Origin: an uncultured Verrucomicrobiota bacterium
GTDB lineage: Bacteria > Verrucomicrobiota > Kiritimatiellia > RFP12 > UBA3636
DNA length: 64,000 nt
Assembly: GCA_946624575.1 (NCBI GenBank)
Contig: CAMOSH010000001.1
Location: forward strand, 7,778-71,777
Reading direction: 5' to 3'
In this document: positions 20,912 through 29,476 of the stretch, one piece after another
How the letters are laid out: each line of letters opens with the position of its first letter
Numbering within the stretch: the stretch's first letter is position 1
Made by a program: the position numbers and the translations under genes
The notes under the pieces: generated by a model
Told to the model about the DNA's origin: nothing
Seen by the model: the letters and a program-made list of their open reading frames with translations, nothing else
Databases searched by the model: none

Positions 20912-22002
20912 AATCAGCGGTTTTCCGTTTTTCCGGCGTCCGGGCGGGCGCATTCGCGCTCGCCGCCGCAGCGGCCGCTTTCGCGGCGGGCTGCTATCCG
21001 GGACGCCTCACGCACAACTTCCGTTCGTTCGAGGCGCCGCCGGACGTTCTTGAGGACCCTGTTCTCGCCGTGTCCGGGCACGACGCGGTCAGCGCCGAGC
21101 GCCAGAAGGAGCGCCTGGAGCAGATAGCGCGCGAGGACGAGGCCGTGTATCGCATGAACTCCGGCGACCAGGTCGAAATCCGCGTTTACGGCCACGACGA
21201 CCTGGGCATGGTCACGCGGATCGGCCCCGACGGCACGGTGGGCTTCGCGTTCATGGGCCAGGTCAAGCTCAGCGACCTCACGATCGCGGAGGGATCCGAG
21301 GAAATACGCAAGGGGCTCGAAAAATACATCAAGAACCCCGTGGTGAGCATAACGATACGCGAAGTCGCCAGCGAAACCGCGACGATCTCCGGCGCGTGCT
21401 CCCACCCGGGAGTTTACCAGATCTCCAACCAGACCCGCCTCGCCGACCTCTACGCGCTGGCGGGCGCCAGCGGAGTCCGCCTCTTCAACGGAGTGGACGT
21501 CGACGTGGCCGACCTCGAGCACTCGATCATATTCCGCGAGGGCGAGATACTGCCGGTCGATTTCATGAAGGCTATAAACGCCGGCGACCCGCTCCACAAC
21601 ATCAAGATACGCAAGGGCGACTACGTCCACATCGCGCAGCGCCTGGAGGCGTCGGTCACGATCTGCGGCGATGTCAAGACCCCGCACAAGCGCCTCTACG
21701 AGGCGGGGATGGGGCTCGTGGAGACGCTCGCCACCGCCGGATGGATGCGCGACACTCACTGGGGGCACGTGATCCTCATCCGCGACAGCCTGGCCGACCC
21801 GAAGATGTACAAGGTCGATGTCGATGGCATATTGGCCGGGCGCTGCCGCAATGTCCCGCTGGCGCCGAACGACATCATCTACGTGCCAAAGGACGACCTG
21901 GCGGAGTTCAACGTGTTCGTGAACAAGCTGCTGCCCACGGCCGAGATAGCGAGTCTTGTGCGCAGCAGCGTGACCGGCACCTGGTCCATGAGCGCGGAAT
22001 GA
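20908..22002 (+). CDS. polysaccharide export outer-membrane lipoprotein (Wza/OPX family)
   Basis: Probable TTG start at 20908 (MKSAVF...) with lipobox AAGC. Poly_export/SLBB-like segments (YRMNSGDQVEIRVYGHDDL, DGTVGFAFMGQVKLSDLT). The upstream part of track ORF 20443 is another frame of the previous gene. Confidence 0.6.
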   Translation: MKSAVFRFSGVRAGAFALAAAAAAFAAGCYPGRLTHNFRSFEAPPDVLEDPVLAVSGHDAVSAERQKERLEQIAREDEAVYRMNSGDQVEIRVYGHDDLGMVTRIGPDGTVGFAFMGQVKLSDLTIAEGSEEIRKGLEKYIKNPVVSITIREVASETATISGACSHPGVYQISNQTRLADLYALAGASGVRLFNGVDVDVADLEHSIIFREGEILPVDFMKAINAGDPLHNIKIRKGDYVHIAQRLEASVTICGDVKTPHKRLYEAGMGLVETLATAGWMRDTHWGHVILIRDSLADPKMYKVDVDGILAGRCRNVPLAPNDIIYVPKDDLAEFNVFVNKLLPTAEIASLVRSSVTGTWSMSAE

Positions 22003-22053
22003 CGGAGAGTTGGGGTTCGAACGGCTGACGGCGGTTGAGACAGGAGAATTTCG

Positions 22054-23430
22054 ATGAAGTATCTCGTTTTCGCTATTGCCGCGCTTGGCGTCCCGCCCCT
22101 TGCATGGCTGCTTTCCCTCAACGCGCGCTGGATGCGGCACGCGTTCTGGGGCGTCGCGCTGGCGCTGTGCCTCTACCAGAACACCGCTATCAACTTCTTC
22201 TCCAACGAGTTCTACCGCGGCACCTCGCGCGGCATGGAGACGAGCCTGGCCCACCTGATGTGCGCCGCGATCGTGCTCGCGCTTGCGATGCGCCGCAGGA
22301 TCCGCTCGTGGCTTCCCGGCCCCGGCTTCAAGCTCTACGTGCTCTACTTCCTGCTCTGCCTGCCGAGCTTCTACACTGTCGAAAGCGCGCTCATCGGCTG
22401 GTTCGAAGTCTGGAAGATGCTCCTGCTGCCGATAATCGGGCTGGCCGTTTTCGGATATCTCGACACGACGGACGACATCGAGACTCCGATCCGGGCGCTC
22501 GCATTTCTCGTTATCGCCAACGCCGTCTGGGTCCTCCGCGCGCACTTCCTGCACATCTACCAGCCGGCCGGTCTCTTCCCGCACCGCAACAGCATGGCCA
22601 TGGCCATGCAGCTGGTGGGTCCGGTGTTCCTTGCGGCGTGGATCGAGTTCGGCCTGAGGCCGCGTTTCGGGCGGCTGTGCGCGCTCGCGTTCCTGTGCGC
22701 GGCGTTCGCCACCGTGCGGTCCTATTCGCGCGGCGCGATCGCGCTGGCGCCGATCGGCTACGGCATCACGGTCCTGTGCTGCGTCTCCGAGCGCATCGGC
22801 TTCGGGCGCAAGTTCCGGCGCATGCTCCCGATTGCCGTCATCGCCATGATCGGCGCCGCGATCATCGCGCCGCGAATCGTCGAGCGCTTCGAGACCGCGC
22901 CCGCTTCGTCGAAGGAGACGCGCGTGCAGCTCGCCGCCTGCGCGCGGGAGATGATTCTGGACGAGCCGTGGCGCGGCGTCGGCATCAACAACTGGGGCAT
23001 CAAGATCAATCCGCCGTATGACTACGCGGCGCGCGCCGGGCGTGACACCGGGCGCGGCGAGGGGTATGCGGACGGCATCGTCGAAACCGTTTACCTGCTC
23101 GTCGCCGCGGAGTGCGGAATTCCGGCCCTCTGCGCGATGCTGCTCTGGTTCTGGTGGTATTTCTTCAAGTGCATCGGGCTCATGCGGCGGACGAAGGGCA
23201 CCATGTGGCACTTCCTTCCGGCGGGCCTCGCGGGTGGCCTATTTGCGAACTATCTGCAGAGCGTCCTGGAATGGGTCCTGCGCCAGCCTATCAACATGAT
23301 GCTGCTCATGTTCCTCTTCGGAATGCTCTCGTGGCTTGACGTGCGCACCCGCAAGCGCCCCGATCTCGACGGAAGCGGCGGTTCCGACAGGGCGCCGGAC
23401 GCATTGGAAGCGGGGGTAGTCGTGCCGTGA
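22054..23430 (+). CDS. O-antigen ligase/polymerase family membrane protein (Wzy_C-like)
   Basis: AGGAGAA SD. About 10-12 TM helices with a large periplasmic loop, typical of the WaaL/Wzy family. Confidence 0.5.
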   Translation: MKYLVFAIAALGVPPLAWLLSLNARWMRHAFWGVALALCLYQNTAINFFSNEFYRGTSRGMETSLAHLMCAAIVLALAMRRRIRSWLPGPGFKLYVLYFLLCLPSFYTVESALIGWFEVWKMLLLPIIGLAVFGYLDTTDDIETPIRALAFLVIANAVWVLRAHFLHIYQPAGLFPHRNSMAMAMQLVGPVFLAAWIEFGLRPRFGRLCALAFLCAAFATVRSYSRGAIALAPIGYGITVLCCVSERIGFGRKFRRMLPIAVIAMIGAAIIAPRIVERFETAPASSKETRVQLAACAREMILDEPWRGVGINNWGIKINPPYDYAARAGRDTGRGEGYADGIVETVYLLVAAECGIPALCAMLLWFWWYFFKCIGLMRRTKGTMWHFLPAGLAGGLFANYLQSVLEWVLRQPINMMLLMFLFGMLSWLDVRTRKRPDLDGSGGSDRAPDALEAGVVVP

Positions 23431-24407
23431 ATGTGCGTGAATCCGGCACAGGCGCCGCCACCGCCGCGAATTCGACCGTGGTCACCGCGGGCGACGCCGC
23501 GTTCGCCTGGGGCGCGCTTACGCTTGTGGCGAGCATGCGCCGCAACGGCATGGCGCAGCGCGCGGTCGTGGGCGCCGTGCAGTGGCCGCAGCGGATGAGG
23601 GACCGCGTTTCCGCGCTTGGCGGCGTGACGCTGCTCGACCTGCCCGCCGACCGCCGCTGCGTGACGTGCCAGAAACCCATGCTCATGGCGCACGACGCCG
23701 TCGAGACCGACTGGGTCTGCTGGGCCGATTCCGACGGCGTGTTCGTGGGCGACTGCTCGGAATGGCTCTCCAACGAAAGCGACGGCGAAATCGCGGTCCG
23801 CAAATACGACCCCCCGCCGGAGGACTTCACTCCAGCGACGCTCGCGACGTGGCGGCGGGACGTGGAGCGGTTCTGCGGCCGCGCGAACCCCGAACCGCGC
23901 TACGCGACGCGCGTAAACGCGCCTTTCATAGTCGTCCACCGCAAGTGGAGGCCGTTCCTGGAGAGGTGGCGCCGTCAGATCGAATGCGTGCTCCCATCGG
24001 ACGTCGCGATCGTCATGGGGCGCGGCACTCCGTATTTCCAGACCGACGAAAGCGTTCTTGGCAGCCTGCTGCTTTTCGATCCGGACGCGCCGAAGGTGGC
24101 GGACGACTACCGCGCGAACGGCAGCGCTGACCGAACCCGCTACTTTGCGCATTTCGCGTATAATCCCAAGCCGTGGCAGATGTGGAACGGCTGGGCGGCG
24201 CGGTGGCGCGGGGAAGTCTTCGCGAATGCCGACTGGCTTGTGGAAAACGGTATCGTGCGCCGCGCCGAGCTCCCGCTCACGTATCGGCGCGACCTCTGGC
24301 CTCTCTGGCGCGCCGCCGCCCCGGCCGCGCCGTGGGTATGGCGCGCCGTCAAGGCGAGGCGCCGGCTTGCGGCGGCTGTCCGCCGGCGCGTCTCAGGAAA
24401 ACGATGA
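23427..24407 (+). CDS. putative nucleotide-diphospho-sugar glycosyltransferase (GT8-like)
   Basis: GTG start overlapping the upstream stop (GTGA). N-terminal TAGDAAFAWGALTLVASMRRNG resembles the GT8 NDP-sugar-binding beta-strand. DSDG is a candidate DxD motif. Confidence 0.35.
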   Translation: MNVRESGTGAATAANSTVVTAGDAAFAWGALTLVASMRRNGMAQRAVVGAVQWPQRMRDRVSALGGVTLLDLPADRRCVTCQKPMLMAHDAVETDWVCWADSDGVFVGDCSEWLSNESDGEIAVRKYDPPPEDFTPATLATWRRDVERFCGRANPEPRYATRVNAPFIVVHRKWRPFLERWRRQIECVLPSDVAIVMGRGTPYFQTDESVLGSLLLFDPDAPKVADDYRANGSADRTRYFAHFAYNPKPWQMWNGWAARWRGEVFANADWLVENGIVRRAELPLTYRRDLWPLWRAAAPAAPWVWRAVKARRRLAAAVRRRVSGKR

Positions 24408-25426
24408 AACTCGCGGCGATGGCACCGATGCGAATGAAGGATTTTCTCCGCGGAATCAAGCGGGCGATCGACGCGCGGGCGACGCGCCGCCGCGCCCTGC
24501 GCGACGCGCGGCGCGCGTTTCGCTACGACAGGGAGCGCTTCGAGCGCAACGCCGGAGCGCTCCATCTCGAGCGCGCCGCCGCCGCCGCGGCGGAGATTGC
24601 CATGGGCGCGCACGTCCTCGAAAAGGGGCTTACCATGCCGCGCCGCAGGATTCCCTTCGGCGAAAGGGCCGCGCTTCACCTCGCGAATCTCGTGGAAGCC
24701 TTCGAGCGCCGCTTCGGGCGCGACGACCCCAGTCCGCGGCACGCGACGGGCGTCCTGCGCGAGTGGCGCGCCGTTCACGCGGCCGCGGGCGTCGCAACGC
24801 CACGCGTCGACGCCTTCCTGGCCGCCCGTCCGGGCGTCCCCGCCGAGCCGCAGCCCCACGTGCGGCGCGAGGATTTCTTCGCGTGCCGGGACGCGCCGTT
24901 CGCGGCCTTCGCCGCGTCGCGCCACGTCGTGCGGCACTTCGCCGGCCCCGCGCCGCGCGACCGCCTCGACGCCGCGCTGCGCCTCGCTCCTCTAGCCCCC
25001 AGCGCCTGCAACCGCCAGCACTCCCGCGTCCGGGTCGTGGAGGACGCGGAGACGATCCGCGCAATTCTAGCCGTGCAGGGCGGGACGCGCGGGTTCGGCG
25101 ACGATGTCGGAACGCTTCTCGTGGTGACCGCAGACCTTTCCTGCGTGCGCTGGGGATGGGAGCGGCACGACGTCTGGACGAACGGCGGCCTGTTCGCGAT
25201 GAATCTTTGCTACGCGCTGCACCACAACGCGCTGGCGCACTGCATCCTTCACTGGTCGGTGCCGCCTTCCGCTGACCGCGCGGCGCGCGCCCTGCTGGCG
25301 CTTCCCGAATCCGAGGAGATAGTCCTCCTGATCGCCTGCGGCGAACCGCCGGCGGAGTTCGATGTCGCCTCCTCTCCGCGCCTGCCGGCCGAAATGGTAG
25401 TCCTGCGCCATGGCGGTGGAGGCTGA
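24404..25426 (+). CDS. nitroreductase-family protein with about 170-aa N-terminal extension
   Basis: ATG at 24404 overlaps the upstream stop. C-terminal RHVVRHFAG...PSACNRQHSRVRVV fits the nitroreductase RxxRxF / PSxxNxQ signature. Confidence 0.4.
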   Translation: MKLAAMAPMRMKDFLRGIKRAIDARATRRRALRDARRAFRYDRERFERNAGALHLERAAAAAAEIAMGAHVLEKGLTMPRRRIPFGERAALHLANLVEAFERRFGRDDPSPRHATGVLREWRAVHAAAGVATPRVDAFLAARPGVPAEPQPHVRREDFFACRDAPFAAFAASRHVVRHFAGPAPRDRLDAALRLAPLAPSACNRQHSRVRVVEDAETIRAILAVQGGTRGFGDDVGTLLVVTADLSCVRWGWERHDVWTNGGLFAMNLCYALHHNALAHCILHWSVPPSADRAARALLALPESEEIVLLIACGEPPAEFDVASSPRLPAEMVVLRHGGGG

Positions 25427-25460
25427 CCAAGGCATTTTGCCCCCATTGGAGAAAACTAAC

Positions 25461-26330
25461 ATGAACGCAACACGCAACGCCGCCTGTCTGATGGCGGCCC
25501 TGGCATGCGCCGCCGCTGTGGCGCTCGCCGTCCAGAACCGCGCGCTGCGCGCCTCGCTCGCGCGGGCGGAGACCGAAGTCGCCGACTTGAAGGCCGCCGC
25601 CGCCGAAAAGTCCTCGCGACCCGGAACGCCTGCCGTAGCGACGGCGGCCGCGCCGCAGTCCGCCCCGACAGCCTCTCCCGCCGCCGCGCCCGACGCCGAC
25701 ACGGCGGAACGCGACCGGGCTTCGTTCGAAAAGGCCGTGGAGGAGCGCGCCGCCGCGCGCGCCGACGAAATCGTCCGAGAACGCCACGAGGAGCGCGAGG
25801 CGCGCCGCCGCGAATGGGAAAACGCTACCGACGAGGAGCGCGAGGCGCGCCGCAGGGAGTTCCAGAAGCGCATGCAGGAACACGCCACGGCGCAGCTGGC
25901 GAAATTCGAGGCTGACGCCGCGCTCGACGACACGCAGTGCGCCGCGTTCGAAATGGAGCTGGAGGCGTTCGATTCGCGCGTGAAGGACATCGCCGAGCGC
26001 TACGCGGTGATGATCGACGGCGGCGTGCCGCTCGATTTCGAAATGCAGCTTCGCATGATGAACGAAATGAGTTCCGTGGCGCTTGACGCGTACACCGGAC
26101 TTGACGAGGTCCTTCCCGAAGGCTGGCGCAAGGCCGGGGACGGCTCCTTCAACGTCATGTTCGGGATTTCGCCATCGTCGCTGGAGCCGATTTTCGACGC
26201 CATCCAGCGCTCCTCCGGCACCAGTGGCTTACATGGCCCTGGAGGTCCTTTCGGGGGCTTTCCCGGAGGCGGGCGGCGCCGTCGTGGCGGCAATCGCGTC
26301 GGCAACGGCGGCGGCAACGGCGGCCAATGA
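25461..26330 (+). CDS. secreted hypothetical protein (signal peptide, Ala/Pro-rich linker, ER-rich helix, Gly/Arg tail)
   Basis: GGAGAAAA SD then MNATRNAACLMAALACAAAVALA signal-like N-terminus. Charged coiled segment RERHEEREARRREWENATDEEREARRREF. C-terminal GGGRRRRGGNRVGNGGGNGGQ. Confidence 0.4.
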   Translation: MNATRNAACLMAALACAAAVALAVQNRALRASLARAETEVADLKAAAAEKSSRPGTPAVATAAAPQSAPTASPAAAPDADTAERDRASFEKAVEERAAARADEIVRERHEEREARRREWENATDEEREARRREFQKRMQEHATAQLAKFEADAALDDTQCAAFEMELEAFDSRVKDIAERYAVMIDGGVPLDFEMQLRMMNEMSSVALDAYTGLDEVLPEGWRKAGDGSFNVMFGISPSSLEPIFDAIQRSSGTSGLHGPGGPFGGFPGGGRRRRGGNRVGNGGGNGGQ

Positions 26331-26336
26331 CGGCGG

Positions 26337-27782
26337 TCAGCCGCGTTCGCCGTTTCCGGCCATGCGGATCCGGGGATCGAGCCAGGCGTTGAGAAGGTCG
26401 GCCGCCAAATTGGAAAGCTGGTACAGGAGCGCCGAAATCAGGACGACCGCGCGTACCGTGGCGTAGTCGGCCGCGTACACGGCATCCAGTCCGATTCCGC
26501 CGAGCCCCGGCAGCCCGAAGAAGCTTTCCAGGAGGATGCTGCCAGTGAAAAGAAAAGGCACGGAAAGGCTGGCGTTCGTCACCACCGGCACCATCGAGCC
26601 GCGAAGCACGTGGACGAACAGCACACGCGCCGGCGAAAGTCCCTTCGCAATTGCGGTGCGCACATATGGCTTGCGGATTTCGTCCAGCACCACGGTGCGG
26701 TAGAAGCGGACGTCGCTGCCGAGCCCGCTGACGATTCCTATGATCGCCGGAAGAAGCAGGTACGTCCAGTTCTCGAATCCCCATATTGGAAACAGCCTCC
26801 AGCGGAAGGCCAGAAGGTACTGCCCGGCGGAAACCCAGATCACGTAGTTGACGCTCATGAGCGCTGTGGTGAAGGCCAGCGCCGCGCGGTCGAGCCAGCG
26901 CCCCGCCGCTGCCGCGGCCACGAGTCCCACGAGCAGCGCCAGCGTCGTGCCGAGCACGAGTATCGGCACCGTGAGGCAGAGCGAGACCCCGACGCCCTGT
27001 CGGAGCACCTCCCACACGGGCTGGCGCCACTGGAGCGATTCGCCGAAATCCCCGTGTGCCAGGTCGCGCAGATAGGCGAGGTACTGCACCGCGAGCGGCC
27101 TGTCCCAGCCATGCGCGTGGTCGTACTCTGCAAGCTGCTCGGCCGTGGCGTTCTTGCCTAGCACCTGCGCCGCGGGGGAGCCGCCGATGACGTTGAACAG
27201 CACGAAAGTCAGCAGTGTGACGCCTAAAAGCGTCGGTATCATCTGCAGTAGCCTGCGGACGACGTGGCGCCATGTGGAGGCGCGGCGCGGCGCCGCGCCG
27301 CGACTGCCGCCGGCCGTCGAAAGCCCGGCAATCCCGGTCTCGTCGACGAAGACGGCGTCTGGAAACGCGGCGGCGGCCGCCGCCGCCCAGGCTCCCGGGG
27401 CCCTGCGGCCGGTTTCGCCGCCGTCCTCGCGGTGCAGCGGCGCGGCCAGTCCGCAGCTCGGCGATCCGCTTTTCAGCAGAAATGCGTCGGGTGCTCCCTC
27501 CTGGCGGAATTTAGCAATCCTGGCGTCGCACGCGGCGCGGAGCGCGTCCGTGACATCCGCCGAGCGGTCAACGCGCTTGACGAGCGGCGCGGCATCGACG
27601 TCCCGCCCCTCCGCTTCCACGAGTTCGATGGGCGGGCGCGGGACTCCGAATCCTGCCGCGCATTCGGGGCAGAACTCCACGATTTCGGCGTCGGCGGGCA
27701 GCGCGTCCAGATTGGCCGGCCTGGAATCGCCCTTCCAGCGGCAGGCCCGGCCCGCCAGGCAGGCGCTCACGCAGATTTTCAC
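26337..27782 (-). CDS. DUF523-domain fused in frame to a DppB/OppB-type ABC permease
   Basis: GTG start at 27782 (MKICVSACLAGRACRWKGD, the DUF523 signature) with a GGAGAAGGAAGG SD. After about 150 aa there is no stop and the frame continues into a 6-TM binding-protein-dependent permease (LLQMIPTLLGVTLLTF..., EAA-loop IAKGLSPARVLFVHVLRGSMVPVVT). Confidence 0.55.
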   Translation of the reverse strand: MKICVSACLAGRACRWKGDSRPANLDALPADAEIVEFCPECAAGFGVPRPPIELVEAEGRDVDAAPLVKRVDRSADVTDALRAACDARIAKFRQEGAPDAFLLKSGSPSCGLAAPLHREDGGETGRRAPGAWAAAAAAAFPDAVFVDETGIAGLSTAGGSRGAAPRRASTWRHVVRRLLQMIPTLLGVTLLTFVLFNVIGGSPAAQVLGKNATAEQLAEYDHAHGWDRPLAVQYLAYLRDLAHGDFGESLQWRQPVWEVLRQGVGVSLCLTVPILVLGTTLALLVGLVAAAAAGRWLDRAALAFTTALMSVNYVIWVSAGQYLLAFRWRLFPIWGFENWTYLLLPAIIGIVSGLGSDVRFYRTVVLDEIRKPYVRTAIAKGLSPARVLFVHVLRGSMVPVVTNASLSVPFLFTGSILLESFFGLPGLGGIGLDAVYAADYATVRAVVLISALLYQLSNLAADLLNAWLDPRIRMAGNGERG

Positions 27783-29470
27783 GTTTGGCCCCCTTCCTTC
27801 TCCGCCGCGAGGCAACCGCGCTCGGCGTCCGGGACCGGTGCGTTGGAGGCGTACAGTTTTCGCGAAATCGCGTATTGCGCCACCGGTGCCTCCAGAAGCT
27901 CCGGGGCTTCGTCGCCGGCGGCGAGTCTGGCGCGTGCCTCCGTGGAGGAAACGTCAACCGCCAGTTCCGGGGAGAAGGCGCATGCAAGCCGCGCGTTTAC
28001 GACAGGGTCGAATCCGAGCGAGTCGCGGTCGATCGTCGTGCCGGGCCTGCCAAAGGAGACGACGCGGCACATGCGCACAAGTCTTGCGGCTTCGCGCCAT
28101 TTGTGGAAATCGCGCAGCGAATCTGCGCCAAGCAGGAAAAACCATTGCGCATCCCGGGGACCGTTGCGGCGCAACGCCTCCAGCAGCTCCACGGTGTACG
28201 ATATCCCGCCGCGCAGGATGTCGGTTTTGTCGATCGCGAAACGCGGCTCGGACGCGATGGCGCGCCGGAGCATGGCGACGCGGTCGGCGGCCGGCGTCGC
28301 CGCGCCGCGTCCGGTCTTGAAGGGGGAAATCGCGGTCGGCACGAAAAGGACGCGGTCGAGGCCCCAGCGTTCAAGCGCGGCGCGCGCCAGCGCCAGGTGC
28401 CCGCGGTGCACGGGGTCGAACGAGCCGCCGAAGACGCCGATGCGCGGCTGCGGCGGCAACGGCGGCGTGCTCCGCGCCGCCGGGTTCCCGGCCGCGCCTT
28501 CGGCCGCGCTGGCGGCGATTGCCGCGTCTATTGCCGTAAGCGTCACTTTCTCTGGATCCGCGCCAGATGCGTAAAGCGCCGCTGCGGCGCGCCGGCGCGC
28601 GAGCGCGGGGGCGCCGGGATCAGGAACCTCGGGCCGTCCGGACGATGCCATGAGGTCGAGCGCGTCTGCATCGTCGCGCAGGACGTCGAGCGTACGCCCC
28701 AGCGTTTCCGGGAACGACTTTCCGCAGGCGCGGATGGCTGCGGGCATGAGCCAGTGGCGAATTCTGTTTCTGTCCGCGGCGCCGGGGTCGGCGTTGGTGG
28801 CGTCTTCGCGCCAGACTATGCCCTGCGCTCGAAGCCACTCGCAAAGCGTCTCGTGGCGAAGCCGCAGAAACGGCTTGAGGAAGACCGGCGCGGTGGCGTC
28901 CGATGCGTCTGGGAGCGAAACCGGGCGCATCCCCGCGAGTCCGCGCAGCGAGGCGCCGCGAGAGAGGCGCAGGAAAAAGAGTTCGGCCTGGTCGTCGAGC
29001 GTGTGCGCAGTTGCGATCGCGGCCGCGCCGCAGGCCGCGGCGGTTTCGACGAGAAACGTGCGCCGCAGCCGCCGCGCCGCCATCTCCAGGGATTCTCCGG
29101 TTTTTTCAGCTTCCGCCGCGGGCGAGCCGCGCCCCGCGACGAAACGGATTCCAAGTTCCGCGCATTTGTCGCGGACGAGCGCTTCGTCCAGATCCGCGTC
29201 CACGGGGCGCAAGCCGTGGTTGTAATGCGCGGCGACCACGGGCGGCGCCCCTGGTTTGCCTCGCCAAAGCCAGCGCCGGATCAGATCGATCGAGCAGAGC
29301 AGGGCCATCGAGTCCGCCCCGCCGGAAACCGCCACCACGAGCGGGTCGCAACGCAACGCGGCCCCTAGCGCTGTCGACCCCCATGGTGCGGGGGCCAGCA
29401 GCTGCGTGGACGGAAGAAGTGGAGTTGGACGGGACATTTTCGGTTGGTCGCGACGGCGGCATTTTTCCAT
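27779..29470 (-). CDS. tRNA(Ile)-lysidine synthetase fused to nicotinate-nucleotide adenylyltransferase (TilS-NadD)
   Basis: N-terminal PP-loop LVVAVSGGADSMALL (TilS). After about 340 aa comes RIGVFGGSFDPVHRGH, and near the C-terminus VSSTEARARL (the NadD HxGH and ISSTxIR motifs). No stop or Met between domains, only a possible TTG. The stop abuts the downstream GTG start. Confidence 0.6.
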   Translation of the reverse strand: MEKCRRRDQPKMSRPTPLLPSTQLLAPAPWGSTALGAALRCDPLVVAVSGGADSMALLCSIDLIRRWLWRGKPGAPPVVAAHYNHGLRPVDADLDEALVRDKCAELGIRFVAGRGSPAAEAEKTGESLEMAARRLRRTFLVETAAACGAAAIATAHTLDDQAELFFLRLSRGASLRGLAGMRPVSLPDASDATAPVFLKPFLRLRHETLCEWLRAQGIVWREDATNADPGAADRNRIRHWLMPAAIRACGKSFPETLGRTLDVLRDDADALDLMASSGRPEVPDPGAPALARRRAAAALYASGADPEKVTLTAIDAAIAASAAEGAAGNPAARSTPPLPPQPRIGVFGGSFDPVHRGHLALARAALERWGLDRVLFVPTAISPFKTGRGAATPAADRVAMLRRAIASEPRFAIDKTDILRGGISYTVELLEALRRNGPRDAQWFFLLGADSLRDFHKWREAARLVRMCRVVSFGRPGTTIDRDSLGFDPVVNARLACAFSPELAVDVSSTEARARLAAGDEAPELLEAPVAQYAISRKLYASNAPVPDAERGCLAAEKEGGQT

Positions 29471-29476
29471 CGGGTG

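Noticed and set aside
24140-25990. Minus-strand ORFs 24140..24937, 24630..25883 and 25067..25990
   Set aside because: Antisense to the GT8-like, nitroreductase-like and secreted-protein genes. Arg/Gly/Ala-rich with no motifs.
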